Shown: positions 48,349-57,200 of the stretch, piece after piece
How the letters are laid out: each line of letters starts with the position of its first letter
Position numbering within the stretch: the first letter of the stretch is position 1
Source of the DNA: Nannocystis pusilla
GTDB taxonomy: Bacteria; Myxococcota_A; Polyangia; Nannocystales; Nannocystaceae
DNA: 64,000 nt
Assembly: GCF_026626665.1 (NCBI RefSeq)
Contig: NZ_JAPNKE010000002.1
Location: 1,229,204-1,293,203 of the forward strand
Direction: 5' to 3'
Translations under genes and position numbers: made by a program
The notes under the pieces: generated by a model
Told to the model about the DNA's origin: nothing
The model's database searches: none
What the model saw: only the letters and a program-made list of their open reading frames with translations

Positions 48349-50183
48349 CGCAGCTCCGAGGCGGGCACGAAGGCGCCGATCTGCTGCACCAGCCGCGCAT
48401 GGGTCTCCTCGCGCACGTGGGCCGCGAGCAGGCTGCGCGCCTCGGGTCGGGTGCGCGAGGCGGACCCGAGCCAGGCGATGATCGCCGACCGCTCCGTGAT
48501 CGACGTGCTGGCCGCGAGCTTGTCCGACATCAGCGCGACCGCGTCGCCCGTGGGAGGCCCGCGCAGGGCCTTCACGATCGCGGCGCCGACGGCCGGGTCG
48601 GTCTCCTCGCGGAGGCGGTCCAGGAGACGCGGGCCGGACTCGGCCGGATCGAGGCGACCGAGCGCCTCGACCGCGTGCTGCCGCGTCGTCGCGCTGTCGG
48701 CGTCGGCGTGCGTAGCGAGCACGTCGACGAACGCAGCGTCGCCGCTGTTGCCCATCGCGTCGAGGACGAGGTGGGTCTGCTCCGTGCCCGCGGCGCTCGC
48801 CAGCTCGCCCGTGAGCGAGTCTTGGACGTAGGTGCGGAGCTCGTCGTCGCCGCTGCGCCGGGCCATGCTGCCGAGGCCGAGCAAGCTGACGTTGGCGACC
48901 ATCGGGTCGGCCTCGCTCCTCGCCTGCGCGAGGAGCAGCTCGGCCGTGCTCCGCGTGGGCTCGCCGATGTCCGCCAGCGCCGAAGCGGCCCGGGCGCGAT
49001 CGACGGCGCGGAGGCGCGGGTCCACGAGGGCGTCCGTCAGCGCGTCGCGGGCGGCCTCGGTGCCCGACAGCTCGAGCGCGAGGAACAGCGCCGGGTGGAC
49101 CGCCTCGTCGAGGTCGCCGGCTCGCAGCGCGGCGATCAGGGGGCTCGCTGCCTCGGGGTGAGCCTTCAGCCACGCCGCCAGCGAGCGCGCCGCGGCGTAG
49201 CTCGCCTCCTCGGCCCCGCCGAGGCGAGAAAGGAAGGCCTGCAGCGCCTCCTCGTAGGAGAGCCGCGCGACACGCTCGTCGACGCGGACGTCGCGTTCGG
49301 CCGCGAGCGCGAAGGCGTCGCCGAAGTCGACCTCGTCCGCGTTCAGGGCGCGCACGGCGACGAAACGCCCGTCGTCGCGAGTCAGATGGAACTGCTGCAG
49401 CAGGTCGGCCTCGACCTCGCCCTGCACGAGGATCTGCACCCGCTCGAGGCCGGACGACGTCGTCAGCCAGTGCGGGCGCTCGCGGTCGAAGCTCGCGGTC
49501 GCCTCCGAGCCGACCATCACCACCGACACGCCGAACGTCGCGGCGCCCGTCTGCCCCTCGTACGCGGCCTTGCGCCGCTTGACGCGGACCGCCGGGCCGC
49601 GCGCGGCGGATGCCATCGCATAGCTCGCCTCGAACGCGCCGATGCCGTCCGACTGCGCCGCGCTCCAGCGCTTCGCGCCCTGCTTCGCCGGCAGCACGAA
49701 CTCGTGGGTCAGCAGCGTCGACTGGACGAGTTGACGCCGGCGCGGGTCCCAGTCGCGCGCGAAGCCGAAGCCGACGAAGCGGCACGACGCGTCGACGTCG
49801 ACGAAGAAGGGGTCGGTGAGCCGCCCCTCGACGCGCTCCTCCGGCAGGGTCAGCTCCTGGCTCTGCGACACGTCGGTGAGCGCGGCGCGGAGCCGCCAGC
49901 GATCGGCCGCGAGCTGCGCGTCGACCTGCCAGCTCAGCGTGGCCCGAAGGTGGTCCTCCTCCTCGTCGCGGACGTCTCGGACCGTGGACTCGAGCGTGAA
50001 CGCGGCCGTCTCGCCGGGGCTGAAGCGGCAGCGCGGGGCGGCCGAGGCCGCGGCCGAAGCCGCGGTCTCTCGGGTCGGTGTGCGGGGCTCGGTCGCCCGC
50101 AGCAGGCCGAGCGCGATCACCACGATCGAGCCCGCTGCGAGCGACAGCTTGAGGGAGCGGCCGGCCGTCGCCATGGCGCTCAC
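48345..50183 (-). CDS. Secreted HEAT/PBS-lyase-repeat protein
   Basis: GTG start overlapping the upstream stop (GTGA). Signal-anchor SLKLSLAAGSIVVIALGLL. C-terminal half made of ~30-aa helical repeats (…DPRLRAVDRARAASALADIG…, …DPAVGAAIVKALRG…). Confidence 0.65.
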   Translation of the reverse strand: MSAMATAGRSLKLSLAAGSIVVIALGLLRATEPRTPTRETAASAAASAAPRCRFSPGETAAFTLESTVRDVRDEEEDHLRATLSWQVDAQLAADRWRLRAALTDVSQSQELTLPEERVEGRLTDPFFVDVDASCRFVGFGFARDWDPRRRQLVQSTLLTHEFVLPAKQGAKRWSAAQSDGIGAFEASYAMASAARGPAVRVKRRKAAYEGQTGAATFGVSVVMVGSEATASFDRERPHWLTTSSGLERVQILVQGEVEADLLQQFHLTRDDGRFVAVRALNADEVDFGDAFALAAERDVRVDERVARLSYEEALQAFLSRLGGAEEASYAAARSLAAWLKAHPEAASPLIAALRAGDLDEAVHPALFLALELSGTEAARDALTDALVDPRLRAVDRARAASALADIGEPTRSTAELLLAQARSEADPMVANVSLLGLGSMARRSGDDELRTYVQDSLTGELASAAGTEQTHLVLDAMGNSGDAAFVDVLATHADADSATTRQHAVEALGRLDPAESGPRLLDRLREETDPAVGAAIVKALRGPPTGDAVALMSDKLAASTSITERSAIIAWLGSASRTRPEARSLLAAHVREETHARLVQQIGAFVPASELR

Positions 50184-52282
50184 TGCAGCTCCTCGGAGGC
50201 GTCCATCGCCAGGCTCAGGAGCCGCGTCGTGATCTCCGGCGAGGAGAAGCTGAAGAGGTGGACCTTCAGCGACTTGGCGAAGCGACGGAAGCCGACCTTG
50301 CCGACGATCGAGACGTCGCCGGACAGCGGCCGGAACGACATGTCCCAGGTCGCGCTGCCGCGGACCAGCAGCCGCTCTTCGTCGGTGAGCCCGAAGCCGA
50401 GCGTCGTGTCGAGCGGGAACCGGGTGGTGGCGAAGCGGAGGTCGGCCGCCACGCCCGCCTTCACCAGCTTCAGGTCGATGCCGCCCTCGATCTCGCCGGT
50501 CAGGCCGAAGTTCGGGGTGGTCACGCGGGTCAGCCGGCCGCAGGCGGCGAAGCTCTCGGCCGAGTTCAACAGCTCCTGGCAGGTGGCGTCGTCGGTCAGC
50601 GCCTCGAGGGTGTCCTCGACCTCGATGCCGATGGTGCCGCCGACGCCGATCTTGAAGCCGACGCGCACCGGACCGAAGCCGAAGCCGAGGTTGCCGATCG
50701 TGAAGGACTTGGCGGCGCTGAAGTCCTCGCTGTTGACGATCGTCGTCTCCTGCCGCTCGAGGCCGTAGAGGCGCTGGCCGAAGGCGTCGACGCCGATCTC
50801 GTAGGCGTTCTTGGTCGGGTCGACGGCGAGGGTGGCGGTGCCGAAGGCGCGCGCCAGCGTCAGGTCGAACTTGGCCCCGAGATTTCCATGGAGCGCGACC
50901 TCACCCTCGATCCGGCTCGACGCGCCGCTCAGGTCGAGGCGGTTCTGCGTCGACATCGTGCTGTCGATGCCGATCCGGTCGTTGCCGAGCGTGCGCTCGA
51001 ACTCCTTGTCGAAGCTCAGCGACGAGGCGCCCGAGGCCGGCGCGGTCTCGTGGACCAGCACCACCTCCAGCTCGCGGCAGTCGTCGACCGAACCCTCGCC
51101 GCGGTTGCCGTCCTGGGGGAACTCGGCGTTGAAGCAGCCGCGGACGACGAAGTCGCTCTGGTCCTCCCAGATGCCGCCCGCCGACACGGCCGCGAGCGCC
51201 TCGTCCGCGAGGAACAGCTCGTGCACGACGTCGTTGGCGGTGCCCGGCACGACCCGGTCGATGAGGGCCTCGGCGATCGTGTTGGCCGGGTCGGCAGGGT
51301 CGCGGATGGTGAGGGACAGCCGCGTGGTGCTGTCGGCCGCCGACTCGATCGTGTAGGACACGACCGCCTTGCCGGGCAGCGCGGAGAGAGCGGCCAGCCC
51401 GGCGGGGTCGAGGCCGAATTGCAGGTCCTCGACGATCGAGGGGACAGCCTCGACGAGCGACGGAGGGATCAGCGCCGGATCGACGGCGGAGGTGTAGGGG
51501 TCGCGTCCGTTGACGACGAAGCGCGACTGGACCACGAGGCTGGGCTCGAGGTCGGCGGGCCCGTCGACGCCGATGTTCTCGGTCGGCCGGTACGGCACGA
51601 CGGCCACCGACGAGGTCGCGCTGAGCGCGTAGCGGACGTCGATCAGTGTCCCGCCACCCTCGCTGGGAGTCGGTTGCAGGTCGATGGCGTGGACGCAGCC
51701 GAGCTTCGGGTCGGCGCCGTCCAGCGAGGCGCGGCAGCGCTGGTTGAGCTCGTCGCCGCGGTGCGCCTCGGTCAGCACGACGCTCGGGGCGTCGATGTCC
51801 GACTCGAGCTCGCTCGCGAGCTCCTCACCGCCGTTGAAGTCGACCTGGAGGTTCACCGGGGCGCCCTTCGCCGCGAGCGCGGCGCACAGCGAGGTCGGCC
51901 AGATGAAGCCCTCGACGATCTGCTCCTTCCCGTCGCCGGTCACCTCGACGTCGATCGCGCTCGAGCTGCACGCGAGCGGTTTCTCCGGGTCGCTCGGCTC
52001 GGCCTCGACGAAGGAGAAGGTGACGGCGACGTTGCGGGTGACGGGGTTCGCCGGGTCGGCGGCGTCTGCGGTGATGCCGAAGGTGATGGGGACCCGATTG
52101 TTGACATAGACCGGCTGCGAGAGGTCATAGCGGACGTCGAGGTGCGTCAATCGCACCTGAACCGCGGCGGGGATGCACTGTCCGTCGCGTTCGACGCTCC
52201 CCTCCTCACAAACGGCGGTGCCCTCCTGACAGGCGGCCGCGAACAAAGAAAAGGCAATGAGAGATGGTGTACGAAAATGCAT
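50180..52282 (-). CDS. Large hypothetical lipoprotein (700 aa)
   Basis: MHFRTPSLIAFSLFAAAC lipobox, unbiased composition, AT-richer 5' end. First gene of a three-gene translationally coupled operon. Confidence 0.65.
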   Translation of the reverse strand: MHFRTPSLIAFSLFAAACQEGTAVCEEGSVERDGQCIPAAVQVRLTHLDVRYDLSQPVYVNNRVPITFGITADAADPANPVTRNVAVTFSFVEAEPSDPEKPLACSSSAIDVEVTGDGKEQIVEGFIWPTSLCAALAAKGAPVNLQVDFNGGEELASELESDIDAPSVVLTEAHRGDELNQRCRASLDGADPKLGCVHAIDLQPTPSEGGGTLIDVRYALSATSSVAVVPYRPTENIGVDGPADLEPSLVVQSRFVVNGRDPYTSAVDPALIPPSLVEAVPSIVEDLQFGLDPAGLAALSALPGKAVVSYTIESAADSTTRLSLTIRDPADPANTIAEALIDRVVPGTANDVVHELFLADEALAAVSAGGIWEDQSDFVVRGCFNAEFPQDGNRGEGSVDDCRELEVVLVHETAPASGASSLSFDKEFERTLGNDRIGIDSTMSTQNRLDLSGASSRIEGEVALHGNLGAKFDLTLARAFGTATLAVDPTKNAYEIGVDAFGQRLYGLERQETTIVNSEDFSAAKSFTIGNLGFGFGPVRVGFKIGVGGTIGIEVEDTLEALTDDATCQELLNSAESFAACGRLTRVTTPNFGLTGEIEGGIDLKLVKAGVAADLRFATTRFPLDTTLGFGLTDEERLLVRGSATWDMSFRPLSGDVSIVGKVGFRRFAKSLKVHLFSFSSPEITTRLLSLAMDASEELQ

Positions 52283-52526
52283 ACGATTGTCCGGTGCAAG
52301 GCTGAGGGTGAAAAAGAGCCCGTGCGCGACCGCGATCGGCGCGCACCCATTGGAGGCGTCTTGCCCGTGTCATCGCCCTACCTGGCGCCGGTCGGTTATA
52401 GCCGCGGCGCCACACCGAGTCTCATAGGCCGCATGTATGGCTGCCATAGCGAGCTGCACCGCCGCCGGGCCGCTCCGCAGGCGGAGATTCGGGCGCGACG
52501 GCCGCGGAGCGCTGCATCCGGCCGAT

Positions 52527-53600
52527 TCACGCGCACGGCGACGAAGGCAAAGATCGGCAAATCCTCATGACCCCTCTCGGGCGCGACCCGGAAGACATGT
52601 CCCTTGGGACATGCCGTATCAGGCGCGCGCGAGGCGGCGGGGGCCGCAGGGCGGCGACGACGAGGGCGCGGAAGAACTGCGCGCCGGGGTCGGCGTCGGT
52701 GCGCGCGTGCCAGTGCAGGGCGAGCGGGAAGTCGACGATCTCGAGCGGGGCGGCGACGGTGCGCAGGGGTAGGCGACGGCTGACCTCGGCGGCGAAGCGG
52801 CGCGGGAGGCCGGTCATCCAGTCGGTGCGCGAGACGGCGACGGCGGCGGCCATGAAGTGCGGGACGGTGAGGACGACGCGGCGGCGCAGGCCGGCGCGGG
52901 CGAGGTTGTCGCGGGCGACGCGGTGGCCGTGGCCGCCCTCGCCGAGGATCTGCACGCCGACGTAGGGGGTGGCCTCGAAGCCGGCGCGGTCGAGGCGGCG
53001 GCCGACCTTGCGGTTGTCGCGGCGGACGACGAGGACGCCCTGTTCGCTGTAGAGCGGGGTCTGGCGCAGGCCGGGCGCAGTGACGGCGGCGGGGGCGAGG
53101 GCGAGGTCGACGAGGCCGGCGGCGAGGCCGTCGCTGGCGAGCAGCCGCTCGACGGTGATGACCTGCAAGGAGGCGCGCGGGAGCTGGCGCTCGAAGCGGG
53201 CGACGATCCGCGGCAGGTCGGAGACCTCCTGGTTGTCGGTGAGGGCGATGGAGAAGCGGCGGGTGGTGGTGGCAGGGTCGAACTCGCGGCCGGCGGCGAG
53301 GGCAGCCCGCAGCTCGTGCAGGCCGGCGGCGATCCGCGGCTGCAGCTGGAGCGCCACCGGGGTCGGCGCCAGGCCGCGGCCGCGGCGGACCACGAGTGGG
53401 TCGCCGACGACCTCGCGCAGCCGCGCGAGGGCGTTCGAGACCGCCGACTGGGTGACGTGCAGACGTCGCGCCGCCGCGGTCGCGCTGCCCTCGGTGAGCA
53501 CCGCGTCGAGGACGAGGAACAGGTTGAGGTCGATCGCCGCGAGGTCCACGAGTATCACCGCTGGTGATGGATGAGATGAGGAAGTATCACTGGTCGTCAT
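52527..53600 (-). CDS. LysR-family transcriptional regulator (3' end uncertain)
   Basis: LFLVLDAVLTEGSATAAARRLHVTQSAVSNALARLRE (HTH) plus LysR substrate-binding domain. The last ~35 aa (…PPPPRARLIRHVPRDMSSG…) read through a motif copy and are probably not real. Confidence 0.7.
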   Translation of the reverse strand: MTTSDTSSSHPSPAVILVDLAAIDLNLFLVLDAVLTEGSATAAARRLHVTQSAVSNALARLREVVGDPLVVRRGRGLAPTPVALQLQPRIAAGLHELRAALAAGREFDPATTTRRFSIALTDNQEVSDLPRIVARFERQLPRASLQVITVERLLASDGLAAGLVDLALAPAAVTAPGLRQTPLYSEQGVLVVRRDNRKVGRRLDRAGFEATPYVGVQILGEGGHGHRVARDNLARAGLRRRVVLTVPHFMAAAVAVSRTDWMTGLPRRFAAEVSRRLPLRTVAAPLEIVDFPLALHWHARTDADPGAQFFRALVVAALRPPPPRARLIRHVPRDMSSGSRPRGVMRICRSLPSSPCA

Positions 53601-53625
53601 CGCCGGCCAGGGCTACTCCGATCGC

Positions 53626-54099
53626 ATGCAAACCGAGGAGGCGGAGATCCGTGGGCATGTGCTGGCGACCTTCGAGGTGTGGAGCCGCGGCGACGCGCGG
53701 GCCTTCGCGGCCCTGTTCGCGCCGGAGGTCGATTACGTGACGTTCGACGGCGGGCTGGCGCGCGGGCGGGCGGAGGTCGAGCGGGCCCACGCGGCGCTGT
53801 TCGCGACGGTGCTGCGCGGGACGAGCCTGCGCGGGGAGGTCACCGACGTGCGCACGATCGGCGAGGACGCGGCGGTGGCCCACGCGATCGGCGGGGCGGT
53901 GTGGCCGTGGCAGCGCGGGATCCCGGCCGACCGGCTGTCCCGGCAGACCTACGTGCTGGTCCGCGCCGGCGAGGGCTGGACGATCACCGCGTTTCACAAC
54001 ACGCGCGTGCGGCCGCTGCCGCGGCCGGAATCGCTCGCGTTCAAGCTGTTCGCGTGGTTCGTGCGGCTGCGGCTGCGGCTGCGCGGGGCGATCGGGTGA
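53626..54099 (+). CDS. SnoaL-like / NTF2-fold (DUF4440-type) protein
   Basis: 157 aa (WSRGDARAFAALFAPEVDYVTFDG...WTITAFHNT), divergent from the LysR gene. Confidence 0.55.
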   Translation: MQTEEAEIRGHVLATFEVWSRGDARAFAALFAPEVDYVTFDGGLARGRAEVERAHAALFATVLRGTSLRGEVTDVRTIGEDAAVAHAIGGAVWPWQRGIPADRLSRQTYVLVRAGEGWTITAFHNTRVRPLPRPESLAFKLFAWFVRLRLRLRGAIG

Positions 54100-54240
54100 G
54101 GCGAGCATCCGCGCGCAGGAGGCCGCGGGCGGGCCGCCCGCAAGCGAGGGCGGGGGAGGTTCGGCGCAGCACGCGGACGGGCGAGAGGGCGCTTCGACGC
54201 GCGCGTCGCCGAGCCGGGCCGAGGGGCGCCGGCGGGCCCG

Positions 54241-57200
54241 GTGGTTTTCCCCGGCGGGCTACGCCACGGTATTTGCATGGGCGACGCAGGGACAGCGGAC
54301 CCGGCGAAGTACCGCACCACCGGACTGCTCAGTCAGAGCGCGGGCGCGGGCATCTATCGCGCGGTCCGGCTGGAGGACAACTGCGCGGTCGTCATCAAGA
54401 CGCTCGACCCACGGCTGCGCCCGGCGCGGGAGCTCGAGCGGTTGCGGGCGGAGTACGAGCTGGGGCGGTCGCTCGACCTCCCGGGGACGGTCAAGCCGAT
54501 CGCGCTGGACACGTACCGCGGCATGCCGGCGCTGGTGCTCGAGCACTTCGAGGGGACGTTCCTCGAGCAGCTGCTCACGGGGACGCCGCTGCCGCTCGAG
54601 CGCTTCCTGACGCTGGCGATCGGCATCGCCGGGGCGGTCGAGGAGCTCCACCGAAGCGACGTGGTCCACAAGGACCTCAAGCCCGACAACATCGTGGTCG
54701 ACCCGGTCCGCGGCGAGGTCAAGCTGGCCAACCTCGGCGTGGCGTCGCCGCAGCAGCGCGAGTCCGGGCTCGCGCCCACCGCGGGGATCCTGACCGGATC
54801 GCTGCCGTACATGTCGCCGGAGCAGACCGGGCGGATGAACCGCCCGCTCGACTTTCGCAGCGACCTCTACTCGCTGGGCGTGACGTTCTACCGCATGCTG
54901 ACCGGACGCCTCCCGTTCCGCGCCAGCGACCCGCTGGAATGGATCCACTGCCACGTGGCGCGCCGCGTCACGCCGCCGTCGGCGCTGCGCCCGTCGGTGC
55001 CGGAGGTGGTGTCGGCGATCGTGGTGAAGCTGCTGGCCAAGGTCGCGGAGGACCGCTACCAGAGCGCGCGGGGGCTCCGCCGCGATCTCGAGCGGTGCCT
55101 GGCGGCATGGCGCGCGCGCGGGCAGATCGAGCCGTTCCCGCTCGGCGAGGAGGACCTGGCGGAGCGGCCCCGCGTGCCGCTGCAGCTGTACGGGCGCGAG
55201 CGCGAGCTGGCGGCGCTGCGCGGCGCGTTCGAGGCGATGGTCGAGACCGGGGCGCCGGGGGTCGTGCGCGTGTCCGGCTATTCCGGGGTGGGCAAGTCGT
55301 CCCTGGTCCACAAGCTGCAGCGACCGATCGTCCAGGCCCACGGGTTCTTCCTCTCGGGCAAGTTCGATCAATACCAGCGCGGGATCCCCTACGCGACGAT
55401 CTCGCAGGCCTTCCGCGCGCTCGTCCGCGACATCCTCGCCGAGCCGGAGGAGCGGGTCACCGAGTGGCGCGGGCGCTTGACGGCGGCGCTCGGCCTGAAC
55501 GCGCGGCTCATCGTCGACATCATCCCCGAGCTGGCGCTCGTGATCGGCGAGCAGCCGCCGGTGCCCGAGCTGTCGGGGTCGGACGCGCAGAGCCGGTTCC
55601 ACCTGGTCTTTCGCCAATTCCTCGGGGTGTTCGCGGCGCGTGAGCACCCGGTGGCGCTGTTCCTCGACGACCTGCAATGGGTCGATCCGGCCAGTCTGGC
55701 GCTGCTCTCCCACCTGATCACGCACCCCGACATCCACTATTTCCTGTGGATCTGCGCGTACCGGGACAACGAGGTGAGCGCGGCGCATCCGTTGATGACG
55801 GCGCTCGCCCGGGTGCGCGCGGCGAACGTCGCGATGTGCGACATCTTCCTCACGCCGCTGTCCGAGGAGCACCTCGCGTCGCTCGTCACGGCCACGTTCG
55901 GCGGGCGTGTCCGCGACGCGGCGGCGCTCGCTCGCCTGATCCACGGCAAGACCGACGGCAACCCGTTCTTCGCGCTGCAGTTCTTGAACATGCTGCATCA
56001 GGAGGGGCTCATCGCGCTCGACCTGTCGACCGGGACGTGGGCGGGGGACATCCCGCGGATCCAGGCCAAGACGACGACGATCAACGTGGCCGAGCTGATG
56101 GTGCAGACGCTGCAGCGCCTGTCGCCGGGGGCGCGCGAGGCCCTCGAGCTGGCCGCGTGCCTCGGCGGGACCTCCGAGCTCGGCCTGCTCGCGGCGCTCG
56201 CCGACCGGCCGGAAGAGGAGGTGCGGCGCGACCTGGCGGCGGCGGTCCAGGCAGGGCTGGTGCTGCGCGACGGCGACGCCTACAAGTTCGCCCACGACCG
56301 CGTGCAGGAGGCGGCGTTCAGCCTGATCCCTGCGGCGGAGCGAGCCGCCGTCCACCTGCGGATCGGGCGGGCGCTGCTGGCTCGTCTGGGGCGCGAGGAG
56401 CTCGAGGCGCAGCTGTTCGAGGTCGCCGGTCATTTCGAAGAGGCCGCGCACCTGCTCGAAAGGACAGACGAGAAGGTCCGCGTCGCCGCGCTCCACCTGG
56501 CGGCCGGGCGTAAGGCCCAGGCGTCGACGGCCTACGACGCGGCCGTGCGCTACCACGCGGCCGGGAGCGCGCTGCTCGGCCCCGAGGCGTGGGACGAGCA
56601 GCACTCGCTGGCCTTCTCGCTGGGCTTCGCGCAGGCCGAGTGTGAATATTTGCGGTGCCGATTCGACGCGTCGGTGTCGCAGTTCGCGGCGCTGTTCGAG
56701 CGCGCGCGGACCCGCCGCGAGCGGGCGGAGATCCGGCGGGTCGAGGTCGATCTGTTCACCAGCCGACAGGAGCTGCACACGGCGGTCGAGCGCGGGATCG
56801 AGGGCCTGCGCTGGCTCGGCGTGGAGGTGTCGGCCCACCCGACGCGCGCGCAGGTGCACCGCGAGCTGCAGACGATCCAGGACGCGCTCGGCGAGCGGCA
56901 GATCGAAGACCTCGTCGACCTGCCGCCGCTCGTCGACCCCGACATGCGCGCGGCGCTGGGGATCCTCGCGGTGCTGTTCGCGCCGGCGCTCAACACCGAC
57001 CCCGAGCTGCCGTCCCTCTGCTATTGCCGCATGGTCGAGATCAGCCTGCGCCACGGCAACGGCGAGGCCTCGGCGCTGGGCTACGCGTACTTCGGGATGG
57101 TGCTCGGCCCGTCGTTCGGCCGCTATCGCGAGGGCTACCAATTCGGCAAGCTCGGGTACGACCTGGCGGAGCGGCTCGGGCTGGTGGCCTATCGCGCCAA

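Noticed and set aside
47218-49785. 855-aa - ORF
   Set aside because: Only the last ~378 aa (metzincin lipoprotein) are real. The first ~475 aa are wrong-frame over the HEAT-repeat gene.
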